64,000 bases of DNA from the NCBI GenBank assembly GCA_965648905.1, contig CBFGIT010000006.1, positions 63,598-127,597 on the forward strand. Reading direction: 5' to 3'. Below, piece after piece: positions 38,910 through 49,286 of the stretch (the stretch's first letter is position 1; each line of letters begins with the position of its first letter). The DNA comes from a candidate division WOR-3 bacterium (GTDB lineage Bacteria > Hydrothermota > Tepidihabitantia > Tepidihabitantales > Tepidihabitantaceae). The translations under genes and the position numbers were made by a program. The notes under the pieces are model-generated. The model had not been told where the DNA came from and searched no databases. It worked only from the letters and a program-made list of their open reading frames with translations.

Positions 38910-41900
38910 ATGAAGGTAGGCATGAAGACAGCTTCCTTGCTGTCGCTGGTCCTGCTGCTCGGCTCCGCAGCCATAGGGCAGTCGGATTTCGGTGTTCTGG
39001 CCATCTGGTCTCCGCCGGACACTGTTCGGTTCAACAGCGAGACCATCCCGCAGGTCCGAATCTACGCTGACGAAGACAACGTCGGGGAGGAAGTCTCGGT
39101 TCTCCTGCGAATCGGGACCGAATACGAGGAGACCGTCGCAGACACGACGGTTGTGCCGGGGGACACGATTACAGTCGCCTTCCCGCTCTGGGAGGCCGAG
39201 TCCACCGGCAGCTTCACTGTTCTGTGTTCACTGTACTCGGACGACGATACTCTGTTCGACAACGACACCCTCATCGCCGAGGTCCACGTGCTCCCGCCGT
39301 GGCTCGACTACTCATTGGATGCGCTCGTTGACCTGCCCGACACGACTCCCTACGGCGAGGACTTGGTATTGCGTGCTGCCGTGTCCGCGTCCGACAGCAA
39401 TGACTTGGAGCCGGACACTCTGCTCGTGCGCCTTAGGGTGGACTCGACCTTCTACGACACGCAGGAGGTCATAGTCGCGCCCGGCGAAGTGGATACCGTT
39501 GAGTTTGAGGACTGGCACGCGAGGCCTTTGGGTAAGGTCAGTGGTCTGCGAACTGCTCGTGGAGGACAGCGTCTGCAACAACAACGCGCTGGTCGCGACT
39601 ACGTTCGTCTATCTGCCCGCGGGCTGGACCGAGCTCGAGGAGATGGAAGAGACCGAGGGTCAGAACCTGACGAGGAGGGTGAAGCAGGGCGGGTGGCTCT
39701 GCTGGAACGGAGAGCAGGTCTTTGGCAGCAAGGGCAACCGGACGCCGGAGTTCTACTCTTACGATGTCGACGGCGACGCCTGGGACGGAATGTCCGAAAT
39801 CCCGCTCGGGACCGAGGGAAAGCTGCCCAAGGGCGGGGCTGCCGCAACTTCAGACCCGACCGGCCAGTACCTCTACGTCACCAAAGGAGCGAACTCTCTG
39901 GGCTTCTGGCGCTACAACACCGCCGAAGACACTTGGGAGTAGATGGACGACGTGCCGGCCGGTACGAACCGTAAGAAGGTGGCCTACGGCAGCGACGTGG
40001 CCCACGCGGTCCGCAACGACACCGGATTGGTGTACCTGCTGAAGGGCAAGTCCAAGACCTACGAGTTCCACGCTTTCAACACGACGACTAACCACTGGCA
40101 GCAGCAACCTCCGAAGCCTGCTCCGCCGGGTCCGAGCGGGCAGACCTACTTGCCCGGGTCATTCTTGGTCTACGATGGCGACCATACCGTCTATTGCCAC
40201 AAGGCCAAAGTGAACGAGCTATTTGCATACGACGTCAACGGCGATACCTGGTGGAGCCAGCACCTGGACGGCATGCCGTTCTACAACCCCGTTACCGGCA
40301 AGTACAAGAAGTCGAGCGAGGGCGGGTGCGGAGCCTGGTACGATGGGCACCTGTACGCGCTCAAAGGCAACAATACCGGTGGGTTGTGGCGCTACTCGCC
40401 TCCCACAGAGTCCACGCCTGACGGAACGTGGACGGCGCTGGACACGATTCCCAAGGTCGGCTCGACCGGGAAGAAGAAGTGGATTAAGGGCGGCGCTGAC
40501 ATCGTGTCGAACGGTGACGGTGTGTTCTACGCGCTTAAGGGTAACAACTGCCTTGAGTTCTGGTGCTACGTACCGACGGCAGAGACTCCGGGGTTCAGGT
40601 CCTATGCCCGGTGCAGCCCGGGGCGGGGTGCTGACGGCGGCGAGACCGGGCTGGCTGAGGGGATGGAGGCAATCACGCCGAGGTGGAACGCGCAGGGGAC
40701 TGCGGTCTGTTACGTGCGCGAGGCAGATGATGGCGTCGGCGCAGGCTATGACCAGGTCTTCATCGTTCGAGCATCAGAGCCAGGGACCGAGGTCCGCTTG
40801 GTCGACGTCGCCATGGACTGCTCAGAGCCGGTGTTCCATCCGTCCGGAAGTCACATCTGCTTTGTGCTCGACGACACGGTCACCGACCGACTGCAAATCG
40901 CCACCGTCCTTGTGCCCGACGCGGACCTGCCCGCGCCCACCTGTCTGCGTGCGACGCACAGGCAGGGGCAGGCGGACCTTGCCCGCGAGCAGCAGGAGAA
41001 GACCGAAGAACGAGCGGTGACGAACGATGGCGCAGGAACGGCGACAGAGCAGAAGGAGAGCAGCGTGCGCCTGACAAGACCGGTGCAGTTGCCCGTTGCC
41101 GCGGGTCGGGACAGGTTCGTGGTTCCGGGGTTGTACACGACCGTCTGCCTGGAGGACAGACCTGAGGTCCACAGACGCCGACGTTCTTGACCGACCACGA
41201 CCGGGACCACTTCTCACCGAGCTACAGCCCGTCGGGCGGGTTCATCTGCTACTGCAAGGACGACGAGACCGACCGGACCCAGCTCTACGTCATCTCATCC
41301 TGGGGCGGGACCGAGCAGGCCCTGACCGACTACTCTGACGCCGACTGCGAGTCACCGAGCTTCCTCGATGATGAACACGTCCTCTTCGTCTACTCCAAGG
41401 ACGGCGACTATGATAGAGTGGCAAAGCTCAACATCAACACCGGCACACGCACGGTGCTGACCGACGGCGAGTACGATACCGAGACACCAGACCCGGCCAA
41501 GGATGGGAAGAGCGTCTGCTTTGCCACCCAGGACAACGACGGCACGTACCAGGTCGGACTGGTCAGAAGCGACGGGACCGGCGAGCGGCTGGTCACAAGC
41601 TCCGGTCTTGACCTTGAGGAGCCGGACTGGTCTGGTGACGCGGTCTCGATTGCTGCAGTCCGATGGTTTGGCCTGACCAGCCAGATTGGCATGGTGGACA
41701 TTGCTTCGGGCGACTTTACCCGCCTGACCGACTCAAGCTGCATCTGGGACAACCCGGACGTGCACTATGCCCGGTTCACGGGCATGAACTTCGTCGTGTA
41801 TGAGCGCGAGGACCCGAACCTGACCGACCGAGTCCGGCCCAAGCCCAGACCAAGGCCGGGTAACGGCATCTTCCTGGTCCGGCACAAGAGAAAACAGGAC

Positions 41901-42206
41901 GGCGTAATGGGCGCAGGGTTGACCACGGAACTACGCCGGGCCAGCCCGAATCCGGCCCGAGGCCCAGTCTCAGTGTTCTGGCAGGTGGCAGCAGCCGGGA
42001 CCGACGCCACGGTCAAGGTTTACGATGCCGCGGGCAGACAGGTCAACGTCCTGTTCTCAGGCAAAGCAGGTGCGGGCCTGAACGAGACAGTCTGGACCTG
42101 CTTGGACCAGAAAGGCAGGTCCGTTCCAGCGGGTGTGTATTTCTGCACGCTCGAAACGCCTCATGACCGCATAGGCAGGAAGGTGATTCTGACCGGGAAC
42201 GACTGA
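38910..42206 (+). pseudogene. Disrupted secreted protein: 2 CARDB-like + Kelch + TolB/PD40-like propeller + FlgD-like CTD
   Basis: Four ORF pieces. Frameshift near 39540; in-frame TAG 39940-39942; another frame break near 41100-41160 with TGA 41163-41165. The Kelch block is homologous to those in the M14 and C25 genes. Confidence 0.8.
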
Positions 42207-42228
42207 ACTCTATAGGCTTAAACAGGCA

Positions 42229-42252
42229 GCGGCCCGCGTTCGCGCGGGCCGC
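42229..42252 (+). terminator. Hairpin downstream of the disrupted gene
   Basis: gcggcccgcg-ttcg-cgcgggccgc; no U tract. Confidence 0.55.
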
Positions 42253-42371
42253 GGTGCTGGTTGACCGGTCGGCAAGGGTGCGGCTCAGGCCACGCGGTCC
42301 CGCTCTGCCATGACCAGTTGTCCGAGTCGTTCAACCAGCCCGGGCACGCCTAGACGGCCCAACTTCACTCC

Positions 42372-42830
42372 ACTGGTTTACATATATTGTAACCCCTGGG
42401 CAACCGGGACTTGGGCCCAACAGTTTGGCAGGCTGCGACTTAGCCCACTACCACATTTGAGGTGGGTACGGTCTCCATTGCCACTTGGGCCGCCGCTTCG
42501 GTCGTCGCTGTGAGAGCGGCCCGGCCTGTCCCGGTCGGGGTCGCTCGGGCCGACGCTGGCCCTGGCGCTCTCCTTGCCGAGACCTCTGCCCCCGCGCCCG
42601 TCGCTCTGGTCTTGGCTCAGGTCTTGGCCGGCTGCGTCGCTCCGACCTGCGCTCAGGTCTTGGTTCTGGGTGCGGTTCTGGTCGTGGTTGGCACTGCCGC
42701 TTGCCTTGCTGCTTTGGTTGCGGCGCGCTACTTTGAGTGCCCGAGGATTGAAGATTCGCTGGCTGGCGATGTAGTGTCAGGCAACAGGCGAGAGTGTTCT
42801 GGCGGGCGGTTGGGAGTAAGTTCAGGGCCG
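42372..42830. repeat. Dispersed periodic element family A, copy 3
   Basis: actggtttacatatattgtaaccc end shared with copy 1; dyad at 42418-42442; about 100 bp from the tRNA-Arg 3' end. Confidence 0.85.
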
Positions 42831-42933
42831 TGAGTCGCGGTTGCGGAGTCAATCTGTCGTGTCCTGCCAGCCCGTCGGTCGCCTGCAGACCAGTCGTGCC
42901 GGTTGTCGGCAGCGGGTAGCGGCTATTCAGCTT

Positions 42934-43010
<77 letters not shown>

Positions 43011-43075
43011 GTCGGGCATGAAGCCCAAGTCAAAGGTCAGAAAACAGTCACATGTCCGCAGACAGAGGAATTGAA

Positions 43076-43150
43076 TCGGGGAGACTGGATTCGAACCAGC
43101 GACCCCCACGTCCCAAGCGTGGTGCGCTAACCGGGCTGCGCTACTCCCCG
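43076..43150 (-). tRNA. tRNA-Pro(TGG)
   Basis: CGGGGAGTAGCGCAGCCCGGTTAGCGCACCACG-CTTGGGA-CGTGGGGGTCGCTGGTTCGAATCCAGTCTCCCCGA; CCA not encoded. Confidence 0.96.
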
Positions 43151-43234
43151 AGCCGAGCCTCTGCCGGGCAGGCGTGACAATCAACTGCTCGGACACAGGC
43201 CGTGGTACAACTATATGGGCTCAGAGGCCCGAAG

Positions 43235-43858
43235 TCAACCGGATGAGGAGAAAAGCTCGGTCTGGGTCGGGACGAGCCGGCGCAGGTGTTCGATGACTCG
43301 ACGCAGGGCCCGGGCGCGGTGGCTGATGCGGTGTTTGACGGCGAGACCGAGTTCGGCAAACGTGAGGCCGTAGTCGTCCGGAATGAAGATGGGGTCGTAG
43401 CCGAATCCGGCGTTGCCTCGGGCAGTATGGGAAATCCGGCCCGAGCAGGAGCCGGTGAAGAGCGTTTCGGTCTTGTCCGGCCCGACCAGACACATGACGC
43501 AGCGGAACCGGGCAGTGCGGCGTTCGTCAGGAACCGCGATCATCCGGTCGAGGACCTTGCGCATTCGTTCAGCGTCAGTCGCCTGGTCACCGCAGTAGCG
43601 GGCCGACAGCACACCCGGTTCACCGTTGAGCGCGTCAATCTCTAGTCCGGCGTCTTCGGCCAGGGTCCAGTCGACACCGAGCGTGGCCGCGGCACGCGCT
43701 TTCTTGCGAGCGTTGTCTTCGAATGTCTTGCCGTCTTCAACCACGGCCGGGAAGTCAGGGAAGCGGTCGAGACCGAGCACGGTCCAGCCTGCCCGCTGGA
43801 GCGGCCCTTGCACTTCGACAATCTTGTTGCGGTTGCGGGTGGCGACAAGCAGCTTCAC
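43235..43858 (-). CDS. rdgB: Non-canonical purine NTP pyrophosphatase (HAM1)
   Basis: ATRNRNK, EDGKTFEDNA, AEDAGL, PGVLSAR, GFGYDPIF, ISHRARA. Confidence 0.95.
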   Translation of the reverse strand: MKLLVATRNRNKIVEVQGPLQRAGWTVLGLDRFPDFPAVVEDGKTFEDNARKKARAAATLGVDWTLAEDAGLEIDALNGEPGVLSARYCGDQATDAERMRKVLDRMIAVPDERRTARFRCVMCLVGPDKTETLFTGSCSGRISHTARGNAGFGYDPIFIPDDYGLTFAELGLAVKHRISHRARALRRVIEHLRRLVPTQTELFSSSG

Positions 43859-44928
43859 AGGAACCGGGTTCCGTTCTTCAGTTCGGCAATGCGGGCGAGC
43901 AGTTCTTTGATGCCATCCAAGGCGTCGGAGCGGGCAACGAGCACAGCATCGCCTGACCGGACCACGACCGTGTCGTCCATGCCGAGCAGGGCGACTATTC
44001 CGACGTCCGAGTCAACAATGCACTTGGAGCAACCCTTGAGCACGGCCAGGCCGCGCACGACGTTGTCTCGGTCGTCCGGTTGAATGTGGCGGGCAAGCGC
44101 AAGCCAGGACCCGACGTCGTCCCAGTCGAAGGTTGCCCGCACCGCAGCGATGTTGGTTGCCTTCTCCATTATGGCGTAATCGACCGAGATTGCTGGTGCC
44201 CGGGCGTAGAGCCGTTTCAGAGCCGCGGCTTCGGTGCGTCGGCCGATGGTCTTCTTGAACCGCTCCAGGTCGGCGTAGAACTCGGGCATGAACTGCTGGA
44301 CCGCGCGCAGGAAGTTGTCGGCACGCCAGACGAACATCCCTGAGTTCCAGACGTAGCTGCCCTGGTCCAGATACCGCTGAGCAGTCAGGAAGTCAGGCTT
44401 CTCCTTGAATCCGAGCACGCGGTGGGCTGCGACTTCGCCCCGACTGGAAATCAGGTTGCCCAGTTGGATGTAGCCGTAGCCGGTATCAGGCCGGTTCGGC
44501 GGAATCCCAAAGGTGAGGAGCAGTCCCTGCTGAGCGAGCTCGGCAGCCAAGGTCACGCACTTGAGAAACTCAGCCTGGTTTTCGATTAGATGGTCGGCAG
44601 GCAGGACGACCATGGTTGCGTCCGGGTCGCGCTTGAGCAGATAGAGTGCGGCCAGGGCAATAGCCGGAGCGGTGTTGCGCCCGACCGGTTCGATAACGAG
44701 ATTGTCGGGTTTGACCTTGAGCAGTCGGCGCACAATCGGCACAAATCGGGCCGGAGTCACGAACAACTGCCGCGAGACCGGACACAGCGGTTTGATGCGT
44801 CGGCTGGTTTCCTGGGTCAGGGAGTTCTGGCCAATCATCGGGATGAACTGCTTGGGGGTTGCCAGCCGGCTGCGGGGCCAGAATCGTTCTCCTTTGCCTC
44901 CACACAGTATTGCGGCGTACAGCTTCAC
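43855..44928 (-). CDS. manC: Mannose-1-phosphate guanylyltransferase
   Basis: ILCGGKGERFWPRSR..PKQF, EPVGRNTAPAI, PADH, TGYGYI, FKEKP, WNSGMF, WDDVGSW. Confidence 0.93.
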   Translation of the reverse strand: MKLYAAILCGGKGERFWPRSRLATPKQFIPMIGQNSLTQETSRRIKPLCPVSRQLFVTPARFVPIVRRLLKVKPDNLVIEPVGRNTAPAIALAALYLLKRDPDATMVVLPADHLIENQAEFLKCVTLAAELAQQGLLLTFGIPPNRPDTGYGYIQLGNLISSRGEVAAHRVLGFKEKPDFLTAQRYLDQGSYVWNSGMFVWRADNFLRAVQQFMPEFYADLERFKKTIGRRTEAAALKRLYARAPAISVDYAIMEKATNIAAVRATFDWDDVGSWLALARHIQPDDRDNVVRGLAVLKGCSKCIVDSDVGIVALLGMDDTVVVRSGDAVLVARSDALDGIKELLARIAELKNGTRFL

Positions 44929-45596
44929 CTTGCCTCCTTTGCGTTGTGGCGCAGGTACGCGCTCACGACCATGCCGCCGAATCGAGCCCGAATCATGACC
45001 GGCACGCGGTCTCGCTCGGCTGAGACGAGCACGGTGCCGAGCGGCGAGCCGGCGCTCGGGTTTAGCAGCCAGCAGTCAAACACCCCGGCCGGAGTTCTGA
45101 TTTGGCGCCGGCCCGCAACCGCCACCGAAACCACGTGGTTTCGGCGGTCGGCATGGACCCGGGCACGGACCGTGTCGCCCGCTTTCAGGTCCAGGGTTCG
45201 GAACAGGTACCAGAGTGTGAGCATGTCGCGCGATGAGTCGGGCAGGAAGTAGTCCACGCCCGGAGAGTACCGGACGCTGCATCGGGCCGGGAAGTAATCT
45301 GCAGTCCATTCGGCCCGGTAGTTCGGTTCCTGAGTCCGCTTGTATGAGCGCAGGGTGACCAAGTCGGTCCGGCGCGCCCAGCTCTCGAGCCGGTAGCTGG
45401 CCCAGAATAGCCAGGAGAATGACCGGCTCAGTTCCAGCTCGGCGCGGAAGTGATAGCAGGTCTCGCCCTGCACTGTGTCCGGGGCAAGGGTTTCGAGCAC
45501 GAGCCGGCCGAGGGTCACCGGACCGTAGCGGACGTCGTACTCAAGGTTCTCGCCGGGCACGACCACGCCGGCCGCAAGCAGCAGGACCAGAATCAC
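44925..45596 (-). CDS. DUF3108-like exported protein
   Basis: GENLEYDVRYG, IRTPAGVFDC, RVPVMIR pattern. Confidence 0.7.
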   Translation of the reverse strand: MILVLLLAAGVVVPGENLEYDVRYGPVTLGRLVLETLAPDTVQGETCYHFRAELELSRSFSWLFWASYRLESWARRTDLVTLRSYKRTQEPNYRAEWTADYFPARCSVRYSPGVDYFLPDSSRDMLTLWYLFRTLDLKAGDTVRARVHADRRNHVVSVAVAGRRQIRTPAGVFDCWLLNPSAGSPLGTVLVSAERDRVPVMIRARFGGMVVSAYLRHNAKEAR

Positions 45597-45681
45597 GGTG
45601 CAATCTTAGAAGCGGATGTTCGCAAGTCAAGCCTGCCCCGACGTATCCTTGACACCGGTGCCCGGTTCACTAGAATCCCCC

Positions 45682-46176
45682 ATGCCCATAACGCCGCTCG
45701 ACGTCAGAAAGAAGACGTTTGCCACCCAGCTTCGCGGTTTTGCTCCGGCCGAGGTGAAAGCGTTTCTGGTCCTGGTGGCAGATGAGCTGGAGGAGCTGCG
45801 CAAGGAACGAGGTACCCTGGTCGAGAGGCTGGATGAACTGACCGGTCGGCTCGAAACTTTCCAGAGAACCGAGCAACTGCTCAAGGAGACGCTCGTGACC
45901 GCGCAGAAGGCAACCGGTGAGTTGCGCGACGCGGCCCGTCAGGAGGCAGAGGCGATTCTGGCTGAGGCGCGTGCCCGTGCCCAGGAGTCGGTTCACGAGA
46001 TCGAGGCCCGGGTCCAGGAATTGCGGGAGGAGCTGCGCCTGCTCCGCATTCAGCGGGCGAACCTGGTGGACGAAATCAGCGGCATCGCGCACACCTATCT
46101 GGCAATGGTCGAGCGGCATCGGGGAACGCCGGCCAGGCCGCCACGGCAGGAAGGCCCGGGGCCGGCCGGGACTTAG
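45682..46176 (+). CDS. divIVA: DivIVA domain protein
   Basis: MPITPLDVRKKTF..LRGF...EV..FL, then coiled coil (ETLVTAQK). Confidence 0.85.
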   Translation: MPITPLDVRKKTFATQLRGFAPAEVKAFLVLVADELEELRKERGTLVERLDELTGRLETFQRTEQLLKETLVTAQKATGELRDAARQEAEAILAEARARAQESVHEIEARVQELREELRLLRIQRANLVDEISGIAHTYLAMVERHRGTPARPPRQEGPGPAGT

Positions 46177-46183
46177 TGCCACG

Positions 46184-47029
46184 GTGAACAGAGACAGAAG
46201 TCCGGCCACACCTGGTCTGGCTGCTCAAGTAGCGGAGAGCGTTGAAGTAATCCGGAGTCAGACCGGGTTTGTGCCCGAAGTCGGAATCATCCTCGGCACC
46301 GGACTCGGACGGGTGGCACGCGACGTCAGTGCCGAGAATGTGGTTTCTTATGATGAGATACCCCATTTCCCGGTTCCGACCGTTGAAGGCCACCGGGGTC
46401 GGCTGATTCTCGGGCGACTGAGCGGCCGGCCGGTCGCAGTGATGCAGGGTCGATTTCACTACTACGAAGGGTATGACATGCTCCAGATTACGCACCCGGT
46501 CCGGGTACTCAAGGCGCTTGGGGTGCATACCCTTATCGTCTCCAATGCCTCGGGCGGGGTCAACCCGCAGCTTCGCGCCGGTGACGTCACGGTCATTACC
46601 GACCATATCAACCTGACCGGCCAGAACCCTTTGCGCGGGCCGAACGACGACTCGCTCGGGCCGCGTTTTCCCCACATGCACAACTGCTATGACTCTGGTC
46701 TGGTCGAACAGGCTGAGGCCGCCGCACTCAGGCTCGGCTTCCGGTTGCCGCGTGTGGTCTATGCCTGGGTCACCGGTCCGAACCTCGAGACTGCAGCCGA
46801 ATACCGCTACATCCGGCTGATTGGGGCGGACGTGGTCGGCATGTCGACTGTGCCCGAGGTGATTGTTGCCCGTCACTGTGGCCTGAACGTGCTCGGGTTC
46901 TCGGTTGTCACCGATATGGGCCTGCCTGATGCCATGACCGCGGTCTCGCTTGAAGACGTGCTCAAGGCTGCATCTGAAGCCGAGCCGAAACTGACCGCGC
47001 TGGTCAGGGAAGTCGTAGCGAAGTTATGA
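46184..47029 (+). CDS. punA: Purine-nucleoside phosphorylase (trimeric PNP I type)
   Basis: GIILGTGLG, PTVEGHRG, QGRFHYYEG, GPNLETAAE, VGMSTVPEV; start position approximate. Confidence 0.92.
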   Translation: MNRDRSPATPGLAAQVAESVEVIRSQTGFVPEVGIILGTGLGRVARDVSAENVVSYDEIPHFPVPTVEGHRGRLILGRLSGRPVAVMQGRFHYYEGYDMLQITHPVRVLKALGVHTLIVSNASGGVNPQLRAGDVTVITDHINLTGQNPLRGPNDDSLGPRFPHMHNCYDSGLVEQAEAAALRLGFRLPRVVYAWVTGPNLETAAEYRYIRLIGADVVGMSTVPEVIVARHCGLNVLGFSVVTDMGLPDAMTAVSLEDVLKAASEAEPKLTALVREVVAKL

Positions 47030-47775
47030 GGCGGCTGGCAGGGCTTGGCTGCGTGCTGCTGGTGCTCCTTGTGCCGGCGTGCCGCAAGCGCCAGACCATT
47101 GCCCCGGTCATCCAGGACCCGGAACAGGCGTTGAGCGATGCGCTGGCCGACCTTGACGCCCGGCGCTATGTCAAGGCCCAGGAGAAATTGACGTTCCTGA
47201 TTTTCAATTCCCCGGGCTCGCGGCCGGCGTCAGATGCCCAGTACTGGCTGGCCGAGAGCTACTTTGCCGCGGGTGACTACATCCGCGCTGAAACCGAGTT
47301 CGATTTCTACCTGAAGAGTTTTCCGAACGGCCGTTTTCAGGAGAAGGCGAGTTACCGGCTGCCGCTCTGTTATTTCCGCTCCGCGCCCGGGCACAGCCGT
47401 GACCAGTCCCGGACCATCAAGGCGCAGGAGCTCCTGGTTGAGTTTCTCGACCTGTACCCCGGGTCTGAGTTCAGAACTGAGGCTGAGTCGGTCCTGGCCT
47501 TGATTGAGCAGCGTCTGGCCCGGCGCGAGTTTGACGCGGCCCAGCTCTATTTTCGCTCGGGTGAGTACCGGTCCGCGCTCGTCTACTACCAGTACGTGCT
47601 GGACAATCATCCCCGGGCAGGCTGGTCCGGGCAGGACCGATTGCAGCTCGGAGTAGCGTATGCCGAAACCGGGTTTCGGGACAAGGCACGCGAGGTGTTC
47701 CAGGAGATACTGGCCGGGCCCTACGACAAAGGAGTGCAGCAGCAGGCTCGCAACCGCCTGGCCCGGCTGGACTAG
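47026..47775 (+). CDS. bamD: Outer membrane protein assembly lipoprotein BamD
   Basis: Lipobox VPAC; TPR repeats; RDQSRTIKA, FLDLYPGS, AAQLYF..YRSA. Confidence 0.82.
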   Translation: MRRLAGLGCVLLVLLVPACRKRQTIAPVIQDPEQALSDALADLDARRYVKAQEKLTFLIFNSPGSRPASDAQYWLAESYFAAGDYIRAETEFDFYLKSFPNGRFQEKASYRLPLCYFRSAPGHSRDQSRTIKAQELLVEFLDLYPGSEFRTEAESVLALIEQRLARREFDAAQLYFRSGEYRSALVYYQYVLDNHPRAGWSGQDRLQLGVAYAETGFRDKAREVFQEILAGPYDKGVQQQARNRLARLD

Positions 47776-47782
47776 GCATCTG

Positions 47783-48424
47783 ATGCGGCTCGGGGTTCTC
47801 GGTGGTTCATTCGACCCGGTGCATGCCGGTCATCTGCTCGTGGCCGAAGACGTGCGGCAGAAACTGAAGCTCGACCGGGTGCTGTTCATTCCGTCGTTCG
47901 CGCCGCCGCACAAGCCTGCTCCAATTGCGTCGTACCATCACCGGCTGAGCATGATTCGGCTGGCGATCAAGTCCATGCCGGGCACGGAGCTGCTTCCGGT
48001 CGAGGAGTCGCTGCCGGTTCCGTCCTACACCGTGCATACCTTGAAGGCAGTGAAGGAGCGGTTTCCCGGATCAAGCCGGTACTTTCTTCTCGGCGCAGAC
48101 CAGTACCAGACCATGGCGCACTGGCACGAGCCGCTTGCGCTTGCCCGACTGGCCCGGCTTGTGGTGATGAGCCGACCGGGCGTGCCGAAGCCGGCTCTTT
48201 TTCCCGGCCACACCCCCAATCGAGTCAGAATGCTCGATGTCGTCGCGGTTGCGGTCTCGGCCGCGGTCATCAGACAAAGGCTTGCCAAAGGTCTTTCGGT
48301 TCGCTATATCTTACCCGAAGCCGTGCTTGAGTACATCAACCGGCACCGTCTGTATACTAGTTCCGCGCCCGGGCCGGCCGGTCGAACCCGACCCAAAGGT
48401 CCGGGTCAACAAAGGAGAAAATAA
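47783..48424 (+). CDS. nadD: Nicotinate-nucleotide adenylyltransferase
   Basis: LGGSFDPVHAGH, PPHK, SYTVHTL, LLGAD, VSAAVIR. Confidence 0.93.
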   Translation: MRLGVLGGSFDPVHAGHLLVAEDVRQKLKLDRVLFIPSFAPPHKPAPIASYHHRLSMIRLAIKSMPGTELLPVEESLPVPSYTVHTLKAVKERFPGSSRYFLLGADQYQTMAHWHEPLALARLARLVVMSRPGVPKPALFPGHTPNRVRMLDVVAVAVSAAVIRQRLAKGLSVRYILPEAVLEYINRHRLYTSSAPGPAGRTRPKGPGQQRRK

Positions 48425-48747
48425 TGCCTGGTATCGCTCTGGCCCAGTCCGCGACCCCGCCGGCCACACCCACGGGCGGCGGCATGAACTCGATTCTCGG
48501 ATTCCTGCCCATCATACTCATCTTTGCCGTACTGTACTTCCTGATGATTATGCCCCAGCAGCGCCGACAGAAGAAACAGCAGCAGATGATTGAGGCGCTG
48601 AAGCGCGGGGACCGGGTCGTCCTTTCTTCAGGCATTCACGGAATCGTCGCCAATGTGAAAGAACACACGTTCCTTGTCAAGGTCGCGGAGAATACCGAAA
48701 TCGAAGTTGACAAGAGCGCGGTGTCGTACAAGTTCGGCGCCCAGTAG
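48424..48747 (+). CDS. yajC: Preprotein translocase subunit YajC
   Basis: FAVLYFLMIMPQQRRQK, LKRGDRVV..GIHG. Confidence 0.95.
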   Translation: MPGIALAQSATPPATPTGGGMNSILGFLPIILIFAVLYFLMIMPQQRRQKKQQQMIEALKRGDRVVLSSGIHGIVANVKEHTFLVKVAENTEIEVDKSAVSYKFGAQ

Positions 48748-48752
48748 ACGAG

Positions 48753-49286
48753 TTGACACCGGCCGGACGTAACCTTCGGGTCGTACTCTACGGCAACCCG
48801 GTGCTGCGCCAGGCAGCCCGGCCGGTCACGCGCTTTGGCGATGACCTGCACCAACTGATGGCTGACCTGAAGGCGACGATGCTTACCCAGGACGGTCTGG
48901 GCCTGGCCGCAAATCAGATTGGCCGGGCGGTCTCAGTCTTTGCGCTCAGCCCGCGCGGCGCGGACCAGGACCGGGAGCCGTACTGCGTTGTCAATCCGGT
49001 CGTGGTTGCGACTGAGGGCCGAGTCGAAGCAGAGGAAGGCTGCCTTTCCCTACCGGGTGTGTACGACTATCTGAGCCGGCCTGAGTTGGTACGGATCACC
49101 GGGCTGGACGAGACCGGTCGGGAGATGACGCTTGAGGTTCACGGCCTGCTGGCCCGCGCTGTGCTGCACGAGGTCGACCATCTGCACGGCGTGCTGTTCA
49201 TCGACCACTTGAGCGAGACCCGACGCCGGATGCTCGGAACGCGGCTTAAGGAACTTGAAGCTCAGGAGGCAGAAGTCTGCGGCTAG
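48753..49286 (+). CDS. def: Peptide deformylase
   Basis: GLGLAANQIG, EGCLSLP, HEVDHL; TTG start uncertain. Confidence 0.95.
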   Translation: MTPAGRNLRVVLYGNPVLRQAARPVTRFGDDLHQLMADLKATMLTQDGLGLAANQIGRAVSVFALSPRGADQDREPYCVVNPVVVATEGRVEAEEGCLSLPGVYDYLSRPELVRITGLDETGREMTLEVHGLLARAVLHEVDHLHGVLFIDHLSETRRRMLGTRLKELEAQEAEVCG

